A stretch of DNA of 64,000 nt from Paramecium tetraurelia (lineage: Eukaryota). The first letter of the stretch is position 1. Each line of letters begins with the position of its first letter. Below are positions 1 to 12,765 of the stretch, in pieces. Made by a program: the position numbers and the translations under genes. The stretch is from positions 186,001 through 250,000 of the forward strand of contig CT867989.1 of NCBI GenBank assembly GCA_000165425.1, given 5' to 3'. Below the pieces are notes generated by a model. The model was not told the origin of the DNA, searched no databases, and worked only from the letters and a program-made list of their open reading frames with translations.

Positions 1-399
1 GTTGATTCACCTGTTTTTTTAGATTAATCAAACTATGATGAAAGGGAAGAGACTTATAACAATTATGATTCTTATTTTTAAAAAAATTCAATTGATGACA
101 TTGTCTTGGTCGTTTAATATGAAAGAATTGATTTGATGAAACAATATCTAAATCGCTGTCTAAAAATTTTCAAAGAAATTTCAGCCATAATTGTCACCAG
201 GTTCGTTGATACCTAGGTTATATCTTAGAACGAAGAAGAACAGGTTAGGGATAAATTTAAATTTTGTAATTCGTCCATCTATTTTACAAATAAAAATGCT
301 AGCTAAACAGATTTATTAGATATCTTTTTTAAAATAAATTTTAACCAAATATCACCTTAAAAAAATTATTAAGACATTTTTTAGAAATATATCAAATGA
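1..399 (+). CDS. 3' part of a degenerate AIG1/P-loop GTPase-like protein (5' truncated by window)
   Basis: Frame 1 open in code 6 to TGA 397-399: VDSPVFLDQ...IVLVVQYERIDLMKQYL...IIVTRF; aligns by eye with VDTPDFD...FLVVVNFERTDLMKAKI...LLVTNF of the gene at 27663. Confidence 0.65.
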
Positions 400-667
400 T
401 AATAAAATACATAATAATATTATAAGTTAAATATAACAAACAAATATTACTAACCTTGAATTAAATTAATATATTACTCAGTTTTTAATTAATTTCAACT
501 TCAAAATGATTATAGATGTAATAATGGGATTTCATTAACATTCATTTAATGAAGAAATAAGAAATTTAGATCTGAAACTGTTTTCAATCCTTTAATTTTA
601 TAATGAATTTTTATACGATTAAAAAACGAACTTTAATTTTATTTCATTAAATACAAAAACAATTGTC

Positions 668-1981
668 ATGAAAACAGAATTAGAATTTGCGTTGTTGAAT
701 GCTGGTAATTTGTTTTGTTGTCTTGGCTTTTCAATTATCGCCCCATTTTACCCAGCATACGCAAAAGAATTCGAAGTCTCTAATTCAATTTTAGGACTGA
801 TATTTGGGATGAATCCTATCGGAGGTATGATGGCCTCATTGATAATTGGTAAACTATTAAATAATGTAAATTATTCAGTCATTGTTAGAGTAACCAAAAG
901 ACGTTTCTATACTTGGGTCTTATCATTCAAGCAGTAGGATAATTTCAATTTCCCCTTCTCTCTTTTGTACATTAGTATGAATACTTTTTAACACTCTCAT
1001 TTATAGGAAGATTTTTGAGTGGCTTTGTAAATATTTAAAATATACTAGGGAGGTTGTACATTCTTAACTCCATTTTACGCCTGCATACCTTAAAAATTTC
1101 CAGAGACGGCAGCTCAGAAAATGGCTATAATTGAATTTTTCTCTTCATTTGGCTATTTAGCAGGAGCAGTCGCTGGCTCAATTCTGTATGAAATAGAAGG
1201 ATTTTATTTTCCGTTTTTAATATTCGGTTCTGCCTCCATTTTGATTGCATTAATAATTAAATTCGGTTTTTAAGAAAATGATTAGATACTTACTGAAAAA
1301 TAATAATAAATTTAAAAAGAAAATTAGATTGGATACTTTACAATTCTAAAAGATTTTTAAGTATTGGCATAATTTAATGTAATTTTTTCAATGTGCCTTG
1401 CATATTCATATTTTCAACCAATATTTGCAATATTCTTTGAAGATCAATTTGATGTACCACCAGTTGACTCAGGATACTATATGTCACTAGCTCCATTCTC
1501 TTATTGTCTTGGAGCTATCCTAATCTCAAGAATTAAGATTCATAAATAAATAACAATTTTAATTGGCATAGGTGTAGTTGCCATTTCAGAATTTTTGATG
1601 GGACCAGACCCTCTATTAGGAATTAGGCCATAATTACATTTGACCATGATAGCCTACTTAATATTTGGATTCTTCATTGCCTTACCATATGTGCTAACAC
1701 TTCCATCCATAAATGAATCCTTGGAACTACGCTTTGAGAAAAAAGACCATGAGAAATGTATCTGCTTAGCATCTGGATTATTCAATTCAATTCTATCAAT
1801 AGGCGAATTTTTGGGACCCTTTCTTTCTGGATTGATTTCAGAGCACTTGGAATTTCCAAGATCTTGCAGTATTCTAGGAATATATTTAATAATGAGCACT
1901 GTATTATACATTCCAAATGTATTCCAAAATAAATTTAAGGCTTAGAGAGTAAAAGTATAGAATTTTGATGAATAATTATGA
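668..1981 (+). CDS. Major facilitator superfamily transporter (SLC18B1-like)
   Basis: Multiple hydrophobic helices (FSIIAPFYP, GRFLSG, GEFLGPFLSG); introns 866-888 and 1027-1048; TGA 1979-1981. Confidence 0.85.
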
Positions 1982-2101
1982 AATATTTATATTATATTGG
2001 TTGTGTAAGGTAATTCAAATACTAAGCTAATAAACATCTCCATTTGTTCATAATAAATTAAAGATAAAGTAATTATTATTGTATACACAAATTAATAAAT
2101 A

Positions 2102-2635
2102 ATGAATAAGGGTTGGGAGGTTGATGAAGATTAATCTTTAGATCACTTTCTATCTCTTACTGAGTGTTTAGTTATTAAGAATTAGGTGGTTGAAAAACCT
2201 ACTGTCTCAGCAAAGATTTCTCCCAAATAGAAAATGCGATTTAGAACAGCGTCGATGCCAAAAGTTGAAGAGTTCGTTGAACCAAAGAAGGAAATAGCGT
2301 AGCAAATATAGGATATCTAAATAAAACAATAGCCAATCAAAACACAGTCAAGACAGTAGATCAAATAACCAAGGCCTTTGGATTCTCGAATCACTATAAG
2401 ATCTACATTGTTTTAGAATCCAATAGAAAAAGAGCCCCCAATCAAGTTGGGCAGAACTTTATAACCAAAATTTTTCAATCCCTTATTAAGAGAGTAATAA
2501 CATAAGCTTGGCCTATCTCGAAAACTTAAAAGCATGAACAACATCTTTAATGATGAACGTATAACCTACAAGCGTGATTTCAGTTATCTTAAATAATAGA
2601 GATCCAATATAGTATATGTAGCTCTCTCGAAATGA
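2102..2635 (+). CDS. Hypothetical basic protein, 177 aa
   Basis: Intronless ATG..TGA frame in code 6 (MNKGWEVDEDQSLDHFL...). Confidence 0.7.
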
Positions 2636-3254
2636 TTAATAAATATATAATGTACAAGGTTTGATAATATTGACTCTAAGCTTATTTATTATAATTAAAC
2701 TCCGTTGAGTATTTTAAAAGTAATACATGAAAGAATATTATATAAGTAAATTCAATAACTCTATTTTCTACTCCTCAAGCAATATCACAATTGTAATCGC
2801 TGTTGATTTATAATTATAAAATAATATAATAAATTAAGTTCTATCGATTTTGCTTACATGAATTAAATTTAATCTTTTTCTATTTAAATAATAATTATTC
2901 AATTCAGAATAAAAAAGGAATAGAGAAATGGCAAAGGAACTAAGTCAATCTATTGTTTAGAGATACCCATTTTATTATATTTGCTTCTTAAGTGAATGGT
3001 TAATCTGAGCATATAATTAATATTAGAACTTATTCATAAAATTCATGAGCAGGGGGATTTGTGTAGTATCTTTGTATTTCTGCTATAAAATGATAAAAAA
3101 TCATGTTTAAGATAGATTGTAATTTAGTATAAGATTGGTTCAAAAATATAGTGAAGGATATTTAATTTGAGGAAATAAGATAGTTCTTTATCACGTGTTA
3201 TAGTAAAAGAGTGAAAGATGAATTATTGTATAAATATACAAAAAATAAAAATTT

Positions 3255-3335
3255 CGTCAGCTACAGGATTTGAACCTGTGCGGGTGAACCCAGCGGATTT
3301 CGAGTCCGCCTCCTTAACCACTCGGACAAACTGAC
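3255..3335 (-). tRNA. tRNA-Ser (anticodon CGA)
   Basis: Reverse complement GTCAGTTTGTCCGAGTGGTTAAGGAGGCGGACTCGAAATCCGCTGGGTTCACCCGCACAGGTTCAAATCCTGTAGCTGACG: anticodon stem GCGGA/TCCGC, long variable arm, TTC loop, downstream T-run. Confidence 0.95.
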
Positions 3336-3748
3336 AGCCACTAATCAAGAATCCATTGATTAATATATTTATATTAAGAATCAGATGAAAGGGGAGGATT
3401 CATGATGATACCTAAATAAATTAGAAATAGGGCAGAAACACATGAAATGATTTATGGGACTAAATTTATTGTTATATGTTAGGTCTAAAATACTATAGTA
3501 AGAGAAATTGAAATAGATTTTAATAATTATTATTATTTCAATTCTCTTCTACATAACAAAAGATTAATTAGAGTTAATGAAAAATAAATTATTAAGTAAT
3601 TCCGATGAGTGGATAAGAGTTGATTTGATTATGACAATATGGAGATTTATTTAAATTTAATAAGTAAGTAAAGAGCAGGAGTAATAATTAAATGAATTGC
3701 TTAAATTATAAAGATAATTGCTCATTAAAAATATAAATAAAAATAAAT

Positions 3749-6102
3749 ATGCCTTAAAACATTTATGATTTACAATTAAAATAATAGGATAGGCTTTTAG
3801 CTAAATTCCAAGAGTTATTTAGTAAACCTACCCATGTGAATTATATGAGTAAGTGGGAAGCAATTTTAGTAGCAATATTTTTTCTGTTGGAAGGTTTTTG
3901 GTTTACTAATCTATTACCTCATATCACTTTAGTTACAATTTATGTGATTAGAATTTTGAGATGTTAGTCAAATCAATCATTACAAGTATTTGCCATCAGA
4001 TGGATGATGATGTGTAAGATTTTGACAAGCAGATTTTTATGGGCATTTGGATAGGAGATTTCGTAGGAAAATTTGAGAATTGATTTTCTTTTATTTTGCT
4101 TTTAAGTAATTGCAACTGTCACAAAATTTAGGATATCCAACAATAAATTAATAGTAATAACAATGGTTTTGGTTTTGTAAGTGTGTTTATCAATATTTCA
4201 CAATTAAAAAATTGATGAAGTTATTTTGGTTAGTTTAATTGGAGTTTTGACTAATATCTGGTTGATATATCATCGACAACAACAACATCAGTTGGAACAT
4301 GAATAGAAATTAAAAGAATTTGATGGAGAAGCTATGAAATTGAAGAAGGAAACTGAAATGTCATACAAAACTATTTTTATAGCCGATTAACAGTAATCTC
4401 GCTAGGAGGAATTATTGAAAAAGTTGAGATTGCTTAAATATGAGAAATTGCTTAATAAATCGGAGCAAACCTATTATGAGGAACAAGTGCTATAAAAATA
4501 ATTAAGTTCACCATCCCGTATCTTGACTTTACGTTAATTGCCAGAAGATGAGGACAAAAATTCGATTGAAGAGATAGGCGAAACTCCAAGTAGGAGATCG
4601 CCGATGAGAAAAATTTAAAGGATAAATTCAATTAATGATAATTCCTATTATGCTAGGACAGCAGGCCATAGTGTGAAGCAAGATGAAATTAAGGAGAATG
4701 AGAATTTCTTAACATTGGATGAAATCGATGATTTGTTGAAGATTGTGAGTGGGAGAAAAGAACATTTGTGGTTGCCTCAATTCTTAAGGAGTAACAAAAA
4801 TATCAATTCTGGTTCATCAGAGTAATTTTCTCCAGAAGCTAAAAGGTAATTTATTCATATAATTTTAAATAGTTTTATTCTTAATCATTTTACAGAATGT
4901 GAATTCAATTTTCAAATGTCATCTAGTCAATAATATATTTAGGAGCAATATCATATTCCAAATATGAATGACAATTTGATGAAAGAATGTGATAAGAATT
5001 TCAATTTTGATTTCTTTGAATTGAATGATCAAAACAAATTCATCAATTATTGTTCCTTTATCTTTCAGAAATACAAGTAAAAACTAATTTAAATTTAAAT
5101 AGTGTGAACTAAGTTTTAAAGGTTAAGGATAATTCAATTTAAATAGAATTTTGTCATAGAATTGAATAATTCTACATGTAGAATCCATATCACAATTCAT
5201 TACATGCAATGGACGTGACTAATTCAGCCCTTTTCTTTTTGGAAAACGGATTGCAAGTAACCCAATTTGAATAGTGTTGTCTAATAATATCAGCCTTGTC
5301 TCATGATGTTGGTCACCCTGGTTTAAATAACGGCTTTTTAGTTGCATCTCAATCAAAATAGGCTCTAATATGTAAAATGATATTACTATGTAGACAATGA
5401 TTAAAGTGTATTGGAGAGTTATCATGCATCATTATTGTTCCATGTTTTGAAAGATGACAAGACCAATATCATCAAAAACCTGAGTGATGTAGATTACAAA
5501 GGATTTCGAAAATATTGTTTGAATTTGATTTTAGATACAGATCTTCAGAAACATTTTCCATTACTTAACAAATTCAAGAACTTTTTAGCCTTGGGATCAG
5601 ACAGTCAATAAGATGAATAAAACAAGTTATTAGTGTTGTCGATAGCAATAAAATGTGCAGGTATTGATATCAAGTTGATAAGATGTTGGACATGGAGCCA
5701 AACAGTTGAATTTGCATAAAATATGGAGTAGAAGAATAATCGAAGAGTTCTTCTTATAGGGAGATTTAGAGTAATAAGTGGGTATATCAGTGACACCAAT
5801 GTGCGATAGAAGTTAGAGTGTAACAAAATCTTAGGAAGGATTCCTCAAGGCAATAGTTTGGCCATTATTTGATGCCTTCTCGGAATACTTGAAGAAGTAA
5901 ATTACAGCAGCATTATTTTAGTGATAACTTCAAAACAACATGTTTAGATTAAATCAATGTGAATATTGCCTATTGGTAATAACAATAGTAAGAAGAAGAG
6001 TAGAAGAGTGAAGGATAAAAAAAATGTTCATTCTTTATCGATACAAATTATATTCATCTACCTCAATAAAATACCAATACAATGATAAATTTGAATTGGT
6101 GA
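3749..6102 (+). CDS. Class I 3',5'-cyclic nucleotide phosphodiesterase with N-terminal transmembrane region
   Basis: PDE motifs NPYHNSLHAMDV, HDVGHPGLNN, LESYH, LDTDL, KCADVGH; hydrophobic N-terminal ~170 aa; several tiny introns; start could alternatively be 3845. Confidence 0.88.
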
Positions 6103-6189
6103 TTTATTTGTGTTTTTATCATATATATATATATATAGTTATTTGTAAATTTAAGAGACATTTAATTCATAGATTTAATTTATACTTAA

Positions 6190-8105
6190 TCATTCTTCAT
6201 CAAAATCATTATCAACATCGTCTGGTACATTTTCTGGGATTTTAGGTAAAGGATGTTCCTCATCATATTTAAGTTCCCATTCTTCTCTATTAGGTGGTTC
6301 TTGATCCTCTTATTGTTGGATAGAGTTCTTATATTCTTCAAATTTTAATTCTTTTTCCTAAAGATTTGATTAAATCAATTACCTCTTTGATTTTAGCCAC
6401 TTATTCAGTGGTTTCTTGAATCAATTTTCTAAGATTAGCAATCTTTTCTCTTCTGATTTCAATGTCTTCAACTCTTAATTTGATGATGTATTGCATCCAC
6501 TTCAATATTTTAGCATAACAAACATTATATTCTTCAACCTGTTCAACAGTGTATTTACTAATTCTCTTTTTAATTCTATTCAATTTAGCATATTTGGGGA
6601 CTTCCTCAGTTTTGGCTCCTCTGTATTCATAATCAAGTATTTTTTGAATCATGTCTTCACATATGTAATGCTTAACTCCAGTCCAATCCAATTGATTAGT
6701 TCCCTTTTCAAGTAGATTCTCCTTATTATAATTAAGAAATAGCATCAGAGACAATAATAGGCCAGGATATTTAAGGACTCTGACTTGCTTTAAGGAAAAC
6801 AATTCTTATTGCAATTATTGAATTTATTGAGCAACTGTAGAGACCCTAATTGAAAGCAAAGCAAATTAATATTCTTTTTCTCTATCCTTCAAATCATCAT
6901 ACTGAGATTATTAAGACTCCACTGCCTACTCTTCTTAAACTGTCAATGCCTCTGATCTCTCCTTCACTCCTTACTCCTAATAAGCAATCATGTGATCTAT
7001 ATCATCTGATAACAATTTGCATTCCATTTGATTCCAACTTAATGCAAATAGATTCACATAATCCTCAAAATATTGTCTATCTTTCTGACTGATTTCAACA
7101 TCCTTACCCAAAGTATCAAAACACACAACGAATTATCTTTTTTATGATTGGTATGGTGCTTCACTTTCATCTTACCAATTGGCCAAATACTAATCCAACT
7201 CTTCTTGAATAGGAGTGGGATCTTGTTCGGTTTCTGTTGCTTCTTTGAGTCTCGCATTGAATTCATTAATCTTATTTTCCTTATCTAATTTCTTTTCAGC
7301 ATCAGCCTTTTTGAATCTCAATCTCTCTTCAATGCCTGCATCTAAAGAGGCTGGAAACAAACATGATTAATAAACAAGTGGGATTGCTAAGAATGCTCCC
7401 AACTTTTTCCATTTGAAATAGACTAGTCTCTATTCCTTAGTCACATCTGGGATGTAAATTATAGGCGATTAAGGTTGTTACCCTTCTTCAGGAGGTGGTA
7501 TTTCTCTAAACACCTCTCCAGTTATTCCGACTTCATTCAAAGGGAGTGTTTGACTGATCATAAAGTTGTGATCATCATTGGCTCCTATGTATTTTATCAA
7601 TTTTGGTTATTCTGTATCAAGATGGGCATTCTCATCATCATCATTCTCATTTATTTATTTACTAGGGAAATCGACATATCCAACATATACTCCTGTAAGA
7701 CCCTTCTTTTAAAGATGGTTGCAAAAATCTTTGACTAATAGTTTATAATGGAATTCATGTGTTTTGATAATATTTTGAAATTCCAACTCCCTCAGATTTT
7801 CCTCATCTTGTAACTGTTACTCTCTGCGATCTTTCTCCTCTTACACCTCTTACTCCTTCTTCTATTGCTCTCTGAATTATTTCGATTAATTACATCAAAG
7901 CTTCCTTGTGACTCACATGATCTTGCATCGAACCTCTATTTGCTTCAGTCCTATTATGATTCAACAACCATTTTGCCAAATATTCAATTGGGAATTGAGG
8001 TTTCACTTGATACAACTCAGCCAATCCCTTTGTAATGACCTTCCCGATGCGCTCAGACTTTAAGTAAGCCATATCTATTTTATCTGTTTCAGGTATCAAG
8101 TTCAT
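6190..8105 (-). CDS. Dpy-30 motif / GAF-like protein, radial spoke protein 2-like
   Basis: N-terminal IGKVITKGLAELYQVKPQFPIEYLAKWLL (Dpy-30 motif), coiled coil, then IYIPDVTKE..LGAFLAIPLVY GAF-like segment; acidic C-terminus. Confidence 0.65.
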
Positions 8106-8122
8106 TAAAATAATATAATAAT

Positions 8123-9139
8123 TCAAACAAAACATCCATAAATCCATTTCCCTTGTAATATTACTTTTTCGTCTTTCGACAACGCTCCAACTCCATGAAA
8201 TGCATCTTATGCAAATCCTCCCACGAACTTGAACTCCTCCCCCTCACAGTTGAAAGTCATCACTCCTTGACCATGAAACTACCCATCCCTGAATTCTCCT
8301 TCATAAGAAGTGAATTAATGCTAAACTAATTTGAACTACTTAAAGTTTAATAATCTAAATTCATCCTCCTAGTAATCTTGATTTACAAATCGTCCTCTCC
8401 CTGAAAATTGATCATTCAACCATTAACCCTAATATACAATATTCTGATTGAAGTCTTTCAAAGTTCCATTGCCCTGTCTCATTCCATTCACCCAATCACC
8501 CTCATAAACAAATCCATTCTCATACACTTTTCTACCTCTTCCATTCTAAACATCGTCTCTTATTGTGATATTGGATTTCTTGAATTTCCCCACTGATGGA
8601 GTTTTACTTGATGTTCTATGATGATAAACCATCTTATCTTGCAATCTTGAACTATTAATTGGAGAATGAGTAGTGTGAATAGTGTGTTTAACAGAATTCA
8701 CATAGGATTGCAAAGTATGTTAACTAATACAATTTGACTACTTATTTGAGTTTGTTGGTCCACTCAAGTAATATGAAAATGATTCCACTGAATCTGGCTC
8801 TGTCTTTTTTAGTTGAGATCTCAATTAATCATTCTTCTCCATTATATGAGCAATCTTCTTTTCTAAAAAACTCAATTTACTTATAGTTTCATCAAGCATA
8901 TCATCTTATTTGCTCTTCTTTCTCTTAAAATAAGTTATTTATGAAGTTGGGGATTTAGGCATTGTTGATGGAGGCAAATAATTCACAACTGCTATTTTAT
9001 TATTGATGCTTCTAAATGGACTTTGAGATGTGCTTGGTGAATGAACTCTCAGCAGACGAGTAGTCTACAATCTACTAGGCGTTTTACTGCAGATGTCTAA
9101 TTAATTTGGCCTTCTATTTTCTTTCTTATAATGATGCAT
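8123..9139 (-). CDS. MORN-repeat protein
   Basis: C-terminal YEGDWVNGMRQG / YEGEFRDGQFHGQG repeats; Ser/Pro-rich N-terminus. Confidence 0.8.
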
Positions 9140-9619
9140 CTATCAGTTAATTTTATATTATAAAATATTATTATATATCCAATATACATTAAGTAAAAAA
9201 TGAAATTTGAGGAATCAGTTTAAATCATGTGTCTTTTTCATAGTTAAAAGATGCAAAAAACACAATTGATATATGATCTCTACATATTTCTTTTGTTTTT
9301 AAATCTGGTTCTTCTAATATCTTTGGATTATGTTCTAGTGAGATAATCCAAATAAATTAATATTCCCAATATTAAATAATATTTTGTATAGAAAGGCTGA
9401 TTCCAAATTTCCATCTCGAACACTTTGCCAGAAACTTAATAAAGACTGAAAATTAAGTTACTAGACAAAAAGTCTTATTACTAGAATTTTAACAATGATA
9501 TCTCCATTTATTCCCAAAATTATTTAATGAATGAATTTTAAACTATCAACATTTATACTTTTCTACACCTATTTCTAAAAATATGAGTAATATTTTTAAT
9601 ATATAAAATAATATTAATT

Positions 9620-10348
9620 ATGAATCCTTATGAAATTCTTTCCGAAATTTCAACTCAAGAAAATGAAGAGAATTTTCGTTGTCCTGAAAATTTTAATACA
9701 ATTATGAATAATTTAAATGATTCCTTTGAATACAGCCTCGATGCATACCAAAAGTTTTCAGAACATCGGGCTTTAGTGAAAGATGCTTGGATAGAAAAAT
9801 GTCTTGGCAAGGAAGAGTTTATGGGATTCAATTACAGAAAGAAAGTGTTTCTTTTGTTTTTAGAATATCTTCATAAACATTTGGATTGTCAGAAAGATTT
9901 AAATTCGGAAGCTTATGCCTTTTATGCTTAACATTATCGGAATACAGCTTAGTATGTTAACTATGCTGTTGAGATTCCAAAAATCAGGCATAAGATTTTC
10001 GAATTAGAGGTGGATTGGTATATAGAAAACATTTCAGAAGATTAGGATATTGTTAAAAATAAACATTATCCTTCTATTTTTCAACCTATTTTAGAACAAG
10101 ATCCAATAGAAGCCAATCATACCCGCGCTGTCATTAGCCATGCATTAGAACAATTAGAAGCTATTGCTGCAATGATCACAAAAAGCAATGTCAAACACTA
10201 CGCAAAATATATAGAACGCTATGGGTGGTGCTTGGCTGGAATGGTTCCTCTATTGCCTGCATAAGAATAAGATCCTTTTTAAGATAACGGCATTCATCAA
10301 AGGTGGCAAAAGGCACGAAATAAAATACAAGAGAAAGAGCATTAATGA
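9620..10348 (+). CDS. Hypothetical protein, 242 aa, intronless
   Basis: ORF-track frame continues through TAA/TAG to TGA 10346-10348. Confidence 0.75.
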
Positions 10349-11209
10349 AAGATAACCCTCATGATCTTATGATGTTGTTCATTTTAATACAAAATATCAT
10401 TCCTCTTTATATTTGATAAATTTAAATTATATCTCGCAATTGATTATTTTAGATTTTATTTTGCGTTTTTTTATGATAAAAAATAATATTGATTAATTTT
10501 ATACATTTATTAATGAATACACATTCTAAATTGATATTTTATATGATGATGACAACAATCCAGTTATTTTTATTTATTTTAAGATACTTTTTTAATTACT
10601 ATTAATAATATTTGATGTGGATCGAATTACGAGAATTTGAATCGACAAATAAAAAGTTGATTTTTCTCAATCTAAAATAAGTATTAATGATATAAATTGC
10701 GAATACTATTTAGAAACTGGCAATTATAACTACTCAAATACTTCTTACATTAAAATAAGTTATTTAAATTGTATCTTTTGATGATGATTTTATATTATAC
10801 ATCTTCTCCAGTTCATGGTGAATCATTATTTATTAAATTTATTTCTTCATCCATTACCAGAATTTAGAAATGGCTTTTACAATATAACAGATATTGCATT
10901 CTGAATCAAATCTTTAATTAAGCCCTCAAAATTTACATCCAATTTCCTTTCAAATGAATTGTATCTCATAGCAGAGGTTGGGATAGATATAGGAACTAAT
11001 CAAATGTGTGCAGTATTTTATAATATTGGAAGGATGGGAGGATTAATTGGAGCAATTGCTACTATAATCCATCGGTGTGAGAATCCAAGGTAGTGTAATT
11101 GATTATTGCTTACTGGAGTGGTTATTTTGGGGGTGTAAAAAGGATTTGGAAAATAGAGGGAGAGCGATTTAAATCGTGCATGCTAATTAAATATTATTAT
11201 AATAAAAAT

Positions 11210-12659
11210 ATGGGGAACTGTCAAACTTGTTTGAATAATGAACCAGAGCAGATTGAGATAGTTGCTAACAATCCGACTGTGGAAGATATGTCTTTGATGC
11301 AGGAACAATCTCCTTTGTTGGTGTTGGATGTGAGAACATGGCAAAAGGAGTCCTATAGTCTTTATGACTATGAAAATAGCTAGTTCATTCATTGCCAATA
11401 AATATCCGTTAACGGGAATAGCTATTTGACTTGCAAGGCAAATAAGGTTTTGTACAATGAGGGGTCTTATTCGAATAACAAGTATAGATGGGGATGATTA
11501 TTATTATGATAGTGAGAATAATGATGAGGCGCTCTTGTTACCTCTGGAATTCGACAACGAACGGTTCTAATTACTGAATCTACGCTTCCCTAGACGAATA
11601 TAGAGTAAGGAGTTGATTGACGAGTACTAAAAAGAGGTAAATCATCAATGATTATTATTCTACAGGATGGGGATAAACTCTTATCAGAAAATCAGACTGT
11701 CCACGCTGATTTCTAAATGAGTTTTAATATCTAGAAGTTACGCACCAATACGAATAGGTAGATGGAGGGTGATTTGAAGAAAGGTTCCAAAATCTGGTTG
11801 GTCACCAGATCTATATAAAATAATAGTTCGAATGAAGGAATAATCCTGAAAGTTGGAGATAGGATCAAATTAGGGAGAGTTAAACTAGTCATCAAGGCTA
11901 TTCAACTCCAGAACAACGAGCTTTAAAATACTCCTGATGACATCTCTATGAGTTCAGTTGAGGATAAGAATGAGGATACAAAATAATGTCGGGTCTGTTT
12001 GTCCACAGGTGAGACATTCACCAACCCTTTGATTGATCCCTGTAAATGTTGCGGAGGCACTAAGTATATCCACATCAAGTGCTTGTTAAAATGGTATTCT
12101 ATTCAGTCTATCTTTAAGGATATAGTAAAGTTCTCATTTCAATAGTAATGCCTATTGCACCAGACTCATCTGGAAGTCTCTGGAATGCGAAATATGCAAA
12201 TATCAATTCCCTCCAGTTTTTGAGAGAGAAGGCAGAACTTACAATCTCGTTGAATTGAGCAAACCCAAATAGCCCTATGTAATGATGGAATTTCATCAGA
12301 AGAAACAACATGATAATGCTTCAAATAATGATAGAAATGGTGTATATATCATCAATTTTGGCACCAAGAAGGAATTGAGAATTGGCAGAAACCATGAAGT
12401 TGAAATCAGTATAGCTGACATCAGTGTTAGTCGTGAACATGCACAACTCAGATTAGTAGATGATAAGATTGTCTTATCCGATAAGAAATCTAAATTTGGC
12501 ACTCTAGTTTTATTATAGAAGAACATCACTCTCTCGCCTCAATTATCAGGTCTGGAGATACAAATTAAAAGAACTTTAATAAAAATTAATAATAACTAAA
12601 ATACTCATTCAAATTAATAATTAGCAGACTTTGAATAGCTTTTAGGAAGAATCGATTGA
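11210..12659 (+). CDS. RING-CH (RINGv) and FHA domain protein, probable E3 ligase
   Basis: MGNCQTC N-terminus; CRVC..PCKCCGGTKYIHIKCLLKW..CEIC RINGv; IGRNHE..SVSREHA..SKFGT FHA; first intron boundary near 11465 unresolved. Confidence 0.85.
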
Positions 12660-12765
12660 CTAAATATTATTATTTCATTTTATTAGAAAATTCTTTTATT
12701 ATCTTAAACGATTTCATTTTTTTTGTAATTTTATTAATTATTCAAATATAAATAGTTACAAATAA

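Noticed and set aside
3577..3768. 63-codon ORF overlapping the PDE start (possible uORF)
   Set aside because: With TGA as the only stop, frames of this length arise by chance; no motif or other support.
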